DNA of 62,741 nt, filler included, from Choristocarpus tenellus KU-1152 (Eukaryota > Protista > Phaeophyceae): assembly GCA_964200185.2 (NCBI GenBank). It is 10 parts of 10 records of this genome, joined end to end, with 100 filler letters (N's around TTAATTAATTAA, not from the genome) between each part and the next. Parts side by side here need not be neighbours in the genome. Positions count along the whole stretch, not along the records: positions 40,604 to 47,501 come from CAXNAD020007117.1; positions 47,602 to 51,696 come from CAXNAD020016248.1; 8 more parts are not named here. One strand, written 5' to 3'. The notes below the pieces were generated by a model. That model did not search any database. It was not told the origin of the DNA and was given only the letters and a program-made list of their open reading frames with translations. Positions within the stretch are counted from its first letter, which is position 1; each line of letters opens with the position of its first letter. Below are positions 40,653-51,696 of this stretch, piece after piece. Made by a program: the position numbers and the translations under genes.

Positions 40653-42437
40653 CTACGTGTGCTCAAAAAATCCCCCACGACCGAGCTTGAATTCAGTTAT
40701 CTTTGTCAACAGCTCCTCCTTCTCCCGGGTAACTTCCTTGAGCAAGTCCTTGATGCTCAACATACCCACAACCTGGATTGTGGGGAGGATAAATATTTCA
40801 GTCAAGCGTTGTTCAACAGCCTCCAAGAAGGGGCAAGTACCCCATCATCCTCCCCCCCCCCCCAGCTACTTAATGTTGTGCGGTCCTCCAATCTTGCTTA
40901 CACTCTGTGTTACAATTGTGATTTTCTATTGGACAGGCAGGAAAAACAAAGTGTTGGTGAGAGAACCAAAAAAAAAGAGAAAAAAATATCAATACACGTA
41001 ACAGGGGGGCAGTGTGTTCATGTGAACTACAAAATATTCTCGAACTGTCTGTAGTCAGCACATGCATGCCATACCAAAATAAAAAACTTCCTTGTTAAGA
41101 TTTCACGTGATGATTATCATTCCAACCACCAGAAGTGAAGAGAAACAGTCATTTTCCAGTCTTGGACTCCACTAAGTGACTTGGAAAATGGACATATGCA
41201 ACATATATATATTCCTTGACGGATAAAAGGGAAACGGGCAAGGAAAACAAAAGCAGAGCAAATTGTAGATGACAACAGAGATTGGTTCGACTGAACGGAT
41301 TTAAAGTGTAAGTGACAGAAACTGCCAAGCCTGCCCTCTTTTTCATAACTCTCTTTGAACAGCAAGAGAAAACGTGGCATTGAGTGCTCAACTCCTATCA
41401 TCGTACCTCGCCCTTCTCCTCGTCGATGACTGGCAAATGGCGAATGTCCCTCGCCACCATCTTCGACATGCAAGTCTGCACAGAGTCAGATTTTGCTGCA
41501 ACAACCATATTCGCTCCCATGGTGGCAATCTCTCTCACGGGGGTGCTCTTGCTCATTTTACCTAGGAGAGCAACCTTGATATTTCAATTTTGGAGAAAAG
41601 GGGGGATACGTTACAAGGACAGGGACACCGGCGATAGAGATGGCCATATCTCCGTCTCTACTCTCTTATGATTTCCTATTCCCAGGTATGGCAGCAGAAT
41701 GAAATACACAGAGTGGCCCATTAAAAGACGTGAACAATATATTGATTTCAAAGTGCTGTGCCACTATATAGAGGACTCAACCATAAGCCCTAGAACCCAA
41801 GTCTCATTTTTTTCCACCCTCGCATCTCGCACTTACTAACCTTGCACACGTAATCTCGTTCCGACACAATGCCAACCACTTTCCCATTGCCGTCAGTGAC
41901 AGCTAGGGCACCGATGTTGTAGGCGGCGAAGCGCTGTACTGCTTCGTACACCATAGCTCCTTCACTGATCGCGAAGTCGATCTTGAAGTAGCACGATTTT
42001 TCTAGAGCATCCTTGGCAGACGACCGGTTGCCCACTTCTGTTGCTATCTCCCCATAGTTTCTGGGCGACGGGTTGCTCAAGCTGGAGAAGTGAGCTGGAG
42101 GTAGAGGGGACATGGTCTATGAAAGACGAAAGACCACTGATCACTTGGCGAGGAGCAGGACACACACAAAACAAGCATTAGGAATTAAGATATGCTATGT
42201 TAGAAGCAATATTTTACTACAAAGCTTACCGCTAGAGATGAGAGAGTGGTTGCCATAGGACCTCTTCGCTGCAATGGGCGCGGTTGCGAGACCTCTCCTG
42301 TGGGATGCGAGATAGGGAATGTCAGTCAATTGCTAAGACAATCATCACAACATAGCCAGGAAAGGTTTAGGAGGCGAATAATAATGGCTACTATATCCTT
42401 TATAGCACCGGACACACCTTCCAACTGACGCCAACAT
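40653..42437 (-). CDS. Complete CBS-pair (Bateman domain) protein, 209 aa, probable mitochondrial presequence (CBSX3-like)
   Basis: Exons 42437-42418, 42297-42230, 42094-41841, 41574-41407, 40772-40653 give 630 nt from ATG to TAG. Motifs: VYEAVQRFAAYNIGALAV..VGIVSERDYVCK and MVARDIRHLPVID..VVGMLSIKDLLK. The N-terminus MLASVGRRGLATAPIAAKRSYG is Arg/Ala/Ser-rich with no acidic residues. Confidence 0.93.
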
Positions 42438-42669
42438 CTTTAGTCCAAGGATTGACCTTATACAAAGGTTTTAAATCTAGTGAGGATGTCCAAGTTCCCC
42501 TTTTCCGTTTAGCTCAACTTGCACACAAGAAAAAATAAATTATATTCCACACTCTCTCCTCTCTCCCCTTCCCCGCCAAGTAGGAACACAGGGACCATCT
42601 TCAGTGTTAAAGGGTGGTTACACTAGGAGATCGGCAACTCTTGGGAGGAGTGAATCCAAAAGTGGACTC
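42438..42669. promoter_or_regulatory. Putative bidirectional promoter between divergent CBS and SPRY genes
   Basis: Only 232 nt separate the two divergent ATGs on the same contig. Confidence 0.55.
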
Positions 42670-43824
42670 ATGGCGCTTCCTCTGCGCACGATACGAGGGG
42701 AGATGGAACTCACAGAGATCGAAGGACAGTATAGGGTAACCACACCCAAGTCGGCTCTCACCGATGTGCTCACAGTCCGACTGCACGGGGGAGGAGGAGG
42801 AGACATCAGCAGGGTCCCCAATCAGCGTCTGTACTATGAAGCTTTAGTTGAGACTAGTGGTGCACTCGTACTTGGTCTCGCTGGTCCCAAGTTCGAGGCT
42901 GCAGTAGATGCAGCTCCCCATCTTCCAGAGGTTGGCAACCATCAGAACAGCTGGGGTTTCGATGGATCCAGGAGGAGGAAACGCTGTGTGTCATCCTCCA
43001 TGTATGGAGAAAGGTGGAAAGTTGGTGATGTAATCGGCGTCTTGCTGGATATCGATAAGGGGGAAATCCGTTTCGGACTTAATGGGAAGGATCTAGGAGT
43101 GGCCTTCGAGATTCCCTCAGATGAGCTGCATGGGGTTTATCCCGCTGCCTCGCTACATTTCGGACAGTCGGTACGCTTGAACTTTGGTCGAGCGCCCTTC
43201 CTCTTCGATCCTCCTGGTGTATCCGAAGAGGATATGGATTCTGCAGCAGTCAGGTCGAAGGGAAGGGGAAGGCCCCCTCCCCGGTCGAACGGCAATGGAC
43301 TCGATGCAAGCAGTGGGATAGAGGTTTTGAAGGCGGCCAAATCTATGGTTAAGCGCCGTGAAAGCAGTGGTGCTGCGAAGGGAGTCTCTTCAGGAGACGA
43401 AGGGGCAAGTGATGTGGATGGTTTCAACGGCGACGGAGATGCAGACGACGACAACCGAGGGGAAGCCGAGACGGGACAGGCAATGTACGAGCTTCAGAAG
43501 GCGACGATTGAGCGCCTCTTGGGCGAGGAAAATTTCAAGGTCTCTTTGAGGCAGCTGCAGGCCAAGCATGCCAACCAACGCCGAGATCTCCTCATGACTC
43601 AACGTAAACAGCTTCAGGATCTCAAAACCAAGAGGGAGCAAAAGGTGCGGCAAGAGGCCAGTAAAGCGTTGGCGCAACAGAACCGTGCCAAGCGTAACGT
43701 GTCCCCCACCGGATCCGCGATTTCAGCCCAGAATGGTGGAGCAGGCAAGAAACGACCGCGAACGGCAAATGCTCAGGGAGCGCAAGGCCAGGCATCACAA
43801 GGTCAAGGCGACACCATGCAGTGA
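42670..43824 (+). CDS. Intronless SPRY-domain protein with C-terminal coiled coil and basic NLS-like motif (384 aa)
   Basis: Continuous ORF from the first ATG. SPRY pattern YYEALV..LVLGLA..VGNHQNSWGFDG..YGERWKVGDVIGVLLDIDKGEIRFGLNGKDLGVAF..VYPAASL..VRLNFG..PFLF, then a Q/K/R-rich helical region and KKRPR. Confidence 0.9.
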   Translation: MALPLRTIRGEMELTEIEGQYRVTTPKSALTDVLTVRLHGGGGGDISRVPNQRLYYEALVETSGALVLGLAGPKFEAAVDAAPHLPEVGNHQNSWGFDGSRRRKRCVSSSMYGERWKVGDVIGVLLDIDKGEIRFGLNGKDLGVAFEIPSDELHGVYPAASLHFGQSVRLNFGRAPFLFDPPGVSEEDMDSAAVRSKGRGRPPPRSNGNGLDASSGIEVLKAAKSMVKRRESSGAAKGVSSGDEGASDVDGFNGDGDADDDNRGEAETGQAMYELQKATIERLLGEENFKVSLRQLQAKHANQRRDLLMTQRKQLQDLKTKREQKVRQEASKALAQQNRAKRNVSPTGSAISAQNGGAGKKRPRTANAQGAQGQASQGQGDTMQ

Positions 43825-44630
43825 TGGAGCACTCTGACTTGGATGTCAGATGACACCGCTCGTTCAGGGATGGTCTCTCAACAACCACGTGGCTGGCACT
43901 GACATCTTCATGCCAGTGCATGATCAGACACGGTAGCTTCTCCACATTCCATAGATGAGAAGGTCCTTGTTTAAGGTGTGCTGCCAACCAGTGTGGGAAG
44001 GGGGATTGTGAGTACATTTCTGTCTCCAGCATTTTCTCTGAAGTGTGGGTGTGTAAACCTGTCTATGTTCTTATGTCTGAAGGGAAGGTAGGAAGGGAGA
44101 ACACCCGCAACTCTCTGTCCTAGGCAGAGTAATTAGAGTTGAATGCAATTGTACAGAAGAGTCCCAAGAGTTAAGCTGTGGGTGGATTGGACACAAGCAT
44201 GCAAACTAGATTTTCGACTTTTCTTTTGATTACACATGCAGCTTTTGGTAGTGTATCAACAATTGCGTTGGGTTTTTGTAAGAGGTAGCTTTAAAGGGAA
44301 GGTACAGTGTATTGTGTGTGTGTTTGTACGTATTTGTGTGTGTTTATGTATGGAGAGAGCATTGCAGATGTATCCAATGATGACACTGAACAGTTTATTG
44401 GCGCCAATATGCAGGCAATCTACGTTGATATCCCTATTCTTCTGTGGTTGTGATGCCCTTGTCATTAATGGTAGATACTTGATAATATAGTTGAGTGTGT
44501 ACTCACAATTGTCAAAATTTGATTATAGGTATTAACAAAATCAACTAAAAAAAATTGGAGGGTGGCATGTCCACTCTTCAACTAACGTCAAACCAAAGCA
44601 CTCCAGATTGGGTAATGGGGCTTGTTTCCA

Positions 44631-46658
44631 TTAAGTATTTTGTCCTGGCTTCCTTTCTCTTTGATACCTCTCACCCCTTGTCCCTGCCAAGTTGAATGAG
44701 GCCATCTCCACCTCCACTCCCTTGGCTGCAAATCGACCCTCTAGATCTATATTACCAACCTGTTCCCGATCCCTCCTCTCAGATCCCCCTCCCCCACGAT
44801 ATTCAAATTCTCCTTGGATCAAACCTATCAACCTTTGCCTGGACACACCCGTATCCACCTCAATCAGTCTCTCGGCAAACGCCTCTCTAGCTTTCAGCAC
44901 TACACTGGCAGCCACTCTGGCCCCTACTGCAACACAAAAGAGAGTAAACAGTAGGATATAGTTGTCCACCTCCATAAGGTCTAGGCCTTCCAAGTAGAGT
45001 CGACCAAGGTTGCCAGCCTGGGTTCCATCTGCAGTGGCTTGCAGGTCAGGTGGACAGAAGCCATCTATTGGACCAGCACCAGCCACAGCTGTTGCTGCTG
45101 TATCATGAAGATTTGTACTAGAGACACCTCCAGGTTTTGAGAAGTTGCCAGGCACCTCATGGGGGAAGCTGGAGGTGACATCGTCACATGTGAAAGTGAG
45201 GTAGCAGCACATGAAATCGTTGATGAGCAGTGCCCTTTGGGTCACAGCAGGGACGGCTGTGAAGTAGATAATTCGTGCGAGCCCTGGTATCTGTCACAAA
45301 AGAGGCAGGGTTGGAAGGCATGTCCAAAGTGTGAGATGTGAGTAAAAGGTGGGAATGAGATGTGGCAGATTGATGTGGTGCATTCTTCCTGTGATTTTTG
45401 CAGCTTTGTTGAAGTGGAATTACCTTCCAGTATTATTTCTACTTCAAGTAGCTGAAGTTTCAAACAATCTTCTAAAAAGCAAACCAACCATATCTTCCTC
45501 TCCAATTGCCATTTCGGGGGCAAAACCTTCCGTCACACAGTGCATCTTTGCAAGGTCCCCACAAAAATTGGCAAAAAAGGAATCTGAGACCAGACCATCT
45601 CACTGGTCTGTACCGAATACTTAAGGCAAAATACATCACATCCCATACCCATCCCATAAAGCATTTGAAGTGATGGTAAAAAGACAGGAAACGCTGCCTT
45701 TGTTTCTTCATTTTTTCTTAAATATAAAAAACCCCTCCTAAGTCGTATGGGGGAATATATGTCTATATCTTCTGAGCACTGTTGCGAAGGCAAGAAAAGG
45801 CAGATTATTTTTTCATCATAAAAGTTCTCTTTTTTTTTAAATCACACACATATATATATAGTATTTTACTAGAGTACGTACGTATGTATACTTCTTTTTT
45901 TTTAACTATTTTTTAACTATACAAATATTATTATTTCTTGTAAAAACTATTTTTCAAACTATTTAAACATTTTTTTATTTAAACTATTTAAAAAGAAAAA
46001 CCATAAAAATATTTTTTAAATCACTCTCTCGTGACCGCTGTCGTCATAGCAATCAAGAACCAACCGTACACGCCACAAAAACGACAAACAGAAAGCTACC
46101 TGTAAACACACTTCACCCTATTCTCACAATTCACAAAACTTCAAAAAATCATCTATCTGTACATTGCTCCACCTGGCATACATACACCACCGTGCGATTC
46201 TCACCTTTCCAATCATTTCCACGCAACATGCGCAAAGAGATACGGGAGTTCCACACCAACAACAGCGGGATTAACTCAGAAAAACATCATCGCAAAAAAA
46301 AAAATGAGAGCCAAGAAAAGGTACAGTCGATTTGCACTTTCTTTTTTTTCTACAACTAAAGAGAGACCTTCGATAATTCAAAAAAAAAAAAATTTCATTC
46401 ATTCTCAAACCAGAGCAAGAGTAGAGTGGATTTCTTGTGTACCCCTACAGAACACAAGCGAAAAAATAAATTGCAAAAAATTTAAAAGGGACATAAATAA
46501 ATCTTCTCACTCGAAAGAGTAGACAACCAAACCCTTGGAATACACCTAACCTTGGAATATGGGACCAGCAAGCCTCCGTAGAGGGCGCTCCCTCCCAGAT
46601 ACATGAAGCACAAGGAATAGACAATCGACATGTTGTCGCTCAACATGCACAGCAACGC
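44631..46658 (-). CDS. ABC transporter G family (ABC2 membrane domain), last two exons
   Basis: Exons 46658-46551 and 45290-44631 join as SALYGGLLVPYSK|IPGLARIIYFTAVPAVTQRALLINDF, the ABCG pattern GFxIPxxxIPxxxxWxYY..ALxxNEF. A Cys-containing loop and a final TM helix follow. Confidence 0.8.
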
Positions 46659-46712
46659 CTCCGCAAGATGTAGGCACATCGGGTCCAACATTGAGACATT
46701 GGAGGTTTTTAA

Positions 46713-46762
46713 GGGGTCAGGGTCAGGGTCAGGGTCAGGGTCAGGGTTAGGGTTAGGGTTAG
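46713..46762. repeat. Interstitial telomere-like tract: (GGGTCA)n grading into (GGGTTA)n
   Basis: Read directly. One of more than 20 short CCCTAA/TTAGGG tracts in the window. Confidence 0.9.
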
Positions 46763-47601
46763 AGTGGATGAAAAAGCTGGTCTTGTGTTTGTTTTGTGTG
46801 TGTTCAATAATTAAGAGTTTCCTGATTTATTTATTTATTTTTGGAAAACTTCACGTGGCGCTCAAGAGTGGGGGAGGAAGGAGTTCATAGAAAATCTTCC
46901 GTTTTATTAGCTGGAATCCACTGCGTCATTCTTGAAACACGAGTATATTGTGTAATCATGGCACACTGAACAACTTTGTAGAGAAGAGGAAAAGGTACAG
47001 ACTGCGAGGGTGTGGGAAGTATCCCAAGCAACAATTAGCACTTCAAACAGGAAGGTTTTTAAAGGCATCACTGGACAACTAACTCACAGCTTTTTCAAGA
47101 TAAACCCACACATGGTGCCGGCAAAAGCAAGAGGCGTTCTTGTCTGAGAAGGATGGAAAAAATACTCCAGACGGTACGTTCCAGCCCAGCAAAAAGTCTC
47201 ATGAAAAGGTCCCTCCAACAACAAAAAAATCAACATGCATCAGGTTTGAAAAAGCACCCCTTTCCAACTCCACTCCAGCCTAGAACAAAAAAAAACGCCT
47301 CCTACCCCTACAAAAAAACAATGGTGGGTGGAAGATCCTCCCCCCACTCCCTCCCCTCTTAAATACAGTTCTTGCAAAATAACAAAGTATAGAAACACAT
47401 TAACTGAACAGACGCAAACGACACAACCGAATGTGTACATTTTTTTTAATATCCATAGACAAAATCCTTGCTGAAAAACGCCCACCCCCTTCCTCAACAC
47501 CNNNNNNNNNNNNNNNNNNNNNNNNNNNNNNNNNNNNNNNNNNNNTTAATTAATTAANNNNNNNNNNNNNNNNNNNNNNNNNNNNNNNNNNNNNNNNNNN
47601 N

Positions 47602-47676
47602 CACTCAAAAATCGCGACATGAAAAAATGGACCCCAAATGGACACCCGCCACCCCCCCTCCCAGATACTTTAAGCC
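47602..47676 (-). mobile_element. MITE family B half copy at contig start
   Basis: AAAATCGCGACATGAAAAAATGGACCCCAAATGGACA..CCCAGATACTTTAAGCC is the reverse complement of the family B left half. Confidence 0.88.
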
Positions 47677-48960
47677 TCATTTTTTCATTAATGCGATCAT
47701 CATCAGACTCTGGTCAAAACCACGTACTAATAATAGTAAGCAAAACAAAACCGTCTCTCTATAACAATAATGACCACTTCGTGTATTGGTACAACAACTA
47801 CTACTATACATGTAGGTAGTGGATCGACGTTGTCATCATATAGGAAGAAAACTTTGCAACTTCAACATGCTAATACTCCGAAGCAGTATATTGAGACCGT
47901 TAACGTGGTCCAACCTACTTCTTCTATGGTCTCAATGGTCAATAAGGAATATATTACTAAATGTCTAAATGGGGAAGAAATACGTAAAGAAGAAAAAGTA
48001 ACTGCACAAAATAGTCGGCAATAATACTGCTCTCAGCCTGAAAAAGCTGAGGTGGAATATGCACCCTTGTGATCCACCTCACAACCTCATCGGCGAATTT
48101 ATGGTGCATGTGGTGAACCTCCTTGGCTGGTTGTGTGATGAAGACCTGTGGACGCACACAACAAGAAGGATAACATCAACAGTAACAAGTCAAACAATTG
48201 AGAGGTAGAAAGTTTGGACCCTTTCGCATTCTAAGCCTCCTATTCCACTGAGCAAATATTTTCCAATTCATCGCTTTATGTGCAAAATAGTGTAGGCAAA
48301 ATTGATATTCCTCCTTTTGAAACACAAAGTAACACCACAATCAAGCAAAAGGCCGTTCTGCAATTGTACCAAATGGTACCTTTTTACCCTTTCTCGGGAC
48401 CCTTAAAATGAAACCCGGCTACCTCTCAATTGGTTTGGCCCTAACAACAATGGAGAGATTTTTTAAATGGCACTAATATTGTTACAAACGCTCCACACCT
48501 TACCTTAACGAGATATGCAAGAAGGTTTGGAGTTGCAGACGAAAATGAAAAATGTGACAATCATCCTTCCCCAAAACCGAAATGAGAGAACTATTTGACA
48601 TCACAACTACAATTTGGAGGATTATTTGATTACAACACGTTTTTCAGTCCTTACCTTTAGTAATTCGTCCACGTAAAGCGAAAGTTTTGACCTGCATTTA
48701 TTTTAAGTACACCCAAACTATCAGTCGTTAACAATTGTGTTTTAGGGGAGAGGTTATGACCCAAAAGAATAAGAAAGCGATTGCACGAAGTTATATTTTA
48801 TCTTCATCTCTTTTACGTTACTTATTTTAATCGATTTTTTGAAATCTTCGCTCTACCCGAGTTTCTCTAATCCTTCGCTTCACTCCCATCAATATTTGAA
48901 CGATGTGAAGATAGATAATCACAACGAAAAATACTACGTGGAAATATGTAGTATTATGGT

Positions 48961-51696
48961 TGTTGGAAGTGATGCACAGGAGGAGTACCTGTTGTAAACC
49001 AAGTTGTAGCGAGGATTATTTGTCAGCAGGATTATTAGAATGTAGTAGTTTGAGGGTGCGAAAATTAAAATGCAACTCTGCCTTTCTCTCAATTGGTTTG
49101 ACCCAATACTCAACACGCCGTAACATGTATGTTAAGAAGGGTGGTATCTCACTTATTTAACATCTTTGGTTTAGAGAGCAAGCACACAAGAAGATGATGT
49201 TGCAATGGACGCCCAGGAGAGAAAGATATATTATCTTCGCCACATATTGATACGTGTCATAGACCCAAATACATATGGATCACAGACCACACTCCTGTTC
49301 TATTAGATTCTTCCAACTCTATCGCACAGTTACAGTAAAATATGTATGGAGTAAAGGAACAATCAATTAGTGGTTGAGTTATCAGAACCTTTTACTAGTG
49401 ATTAGTTGTACGAGAAAAATTCTTATATAAAAGTAGATTTCTGATTTTGTGGGGTGCTGCATGCCCCACTTTACTCTTATCAATCACTCTACAGACACCA
49501 AGCAATCTCGCTGGGTTTATCACCTTTACCCTCTTTGATGATTTGGGAGATACTTTAACACAATATATTGAACCTTAGGTTTCTAACCCATCATTTCATC
49601 ATGTCTACACGAGGAGATGCAATTCAAGAATTGCGGGAACCTGTTCCTTCAGAGGGCCCATCTGTCCAAGAATTCAGACATCTTATGGCGACGGTAGCGG
49701 GGTTGTCAAGAAACGTTGTCAATCTCATGGTTTAGTCTGAAAGAGTCGGCGACGGAAATCATCCTATCGTCCAGGCCGCTGTGTGCGTACCAGTCGAAGT
49801 GGGTCCTATGGAACCCATGTTGAGGGAAAATTTCCCAGAGAGGGGAAACAGTTTGGATGCTGTGAGCTTCAGAAATGGGGCGAGCCGGACGTCCGGTTCT
49901 TCGGAGAGCTTGGGGTCAGGCGCACATATTGTTTGCCCTACGACAAAGAGTAAAAATATCTTTTTGCCCTGTTTTTCCATTGGGGACTTGGCTTCCCTCG
50001 GGGTTTTTTTACATTTTCCTACTCCAAAATATTTCAGAGTAGGTAAAATGTATACGTTATGAAAAGGTGTGTCCAACACAAGGATATTGGCACTTCCTAA
50101 CAAACACGATAGCCAAAATCACATCAAAATCGCAACATTGGATTTTGGCCCACGAATGGACGCGGCTCTACCCTCTGAGATACTTTGGCTCAAAGAGATC
50201 AAGAACCCAACCACCGAAACTATTGGACGACTCGGACTACCGGGACTGGCGGAGGCGTTTCATCGTGCATTGCAGATTTACCCACTGCTTGGATGCGTTG
50301 ACAAGTGAAAGACCAGTCAATCTAGAACGTTCCTACGAGGAACTTCTCTCGGACAGCTTCAGTGCGAATGATATCTGGATGGCCGAAGAGGCCTACCATG
50401 CACTTACTGTTGCTCTCGTGGCACCCACCACCAGGGCACTATGCTATACTCACCAAAGCCCAAGCGAGCTTTTCCGAGCAATAGATGATTGGTTCATGCC
50501 TCCTACAGTGGGTAAATAGCCAACATTTATTCCGTGAGGTTTTCACTTCAAAGGTGGAGAAGGGGGCGAATCCGATCCTAACCTTAAGCAGCTTGGAAGA
50601 GCTACGGGGGAGGATGCTATCAATGGACCTGGTCATCTCGGACAAGCTGCTGCTCCTACGGTTCCTGAGTGCTCTCGGATCAGATTACGATACCGAAATA
50701 CGCATGATGGCCTCGCAGAGAACACTATGTCGATCAGACATAGAGAAAACTGCTAGAGAGCGATATGCTTCCCTTCATCAGGGGAAGGTCTCAAGACACA
50801 AGAACAGCCATGCTTTGGTCGTTAACAGCTCATCACAAAGGAAGAGTCAGTCTCATCGCAAGGGCCAAGGTCGCGGCGTCAAACGTAAATTTAATGGTGG
50901 AAGAAAGAAACATGGTTCTAATTACCAACCCCAAACGTTCCGAAAAGATTCCTTGTGAGAGATATGGTAAGCATGGACATGAGAAACCAGGTTGCCCAAA
51001 CCGCATTTGCACCAAGTGTGGTGGACGTGCCCATGATGCTACAACATGTACTTCGGTGTTCTTGACTACGCTACGGTGCAGTCTGGCAAAGAAGAGATCG
51101 AGACTGAGGCGAATCCTTGCCACATTACTGTGAAAGGTACCACCAGCTGCGGCGACAACGAGTGATACGCACTACTGGCTGCCACTGAGGACTCTCCGAG
51201 CAGCAATGAAGGCAAGGGCGGGGAAAACGAATGTATGGTGTCAAGTGTTGGGGTTGGTCGCGAGAGAGAAGAATGGATTTTCGACAGTGCGGCTTCATGT
51301 CACATAACAAATATGGTAAAATCCATGACAAATTAAAAGCCTTGCGTTGGAGACCAAAGAGTAGTCACTGCTAGCCAAAATTCCTTTTGCATCGCTGGTC
51401 ATGGTGATCTAACCATCTTGTTTCCTTCACGTGACAACAAGAAGTTAGAAATACTCCTTCAAAATGTCGCCCATGTCCCTGATCTAAGATTCAACCTTTT
51501 CTCTTGCCAAGCAGCTGCTGACAAGGGTGTGAAAGGCATTTTCACAGCCAATACATTCTCGTTGTTAGATGGAGTACTTGCCTTCACAAGAGATCCTGGT
51601 TGCCACTACACCCTCCATGGTCAACGCATATTGCCGCGACTAGATCGAAATGCTGAACTTGCTTTAAAGGCCACTATAGCCCCCTCGCTTGCACCC
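48961..51696 (+). mobile_element. Decayed Ty1/Copia LTR retrotransposon, 5' part (putative LTR, gag, protease)
   Basis: Putative LTR 48961-49318 (TGTTGGAAG...CTTCCAACT). gag runs from ATG 49601 with stops and frameshifts (DYRDWRRRF, LRFLSALGSDYD). Two CCHC-like knuckles (CERYGKHGHEKPGC, CTKCGGRAHDATTC), protease WIFDSAASCHIT, then LQNVAHVPDLRFNLFS. Confidence 0.9.
49948..50191 (-). mobile_element. MITE family A copy inserted in Copia gag, TSD AAA
   Basis: GAGTAAAAATATCT...AGATACTTTGGCTC flanked by AAA. Removing it restores the gag frame PTTK|RSRTQPPK. Confidence 0.92.

Noticed and set aside
47957-48157. Isolated minus-strand exon-like ORF (VFITQPAKEVHHMHHKF)
   Set aside because: It has a plausible acceptor but no partner exons or motif.
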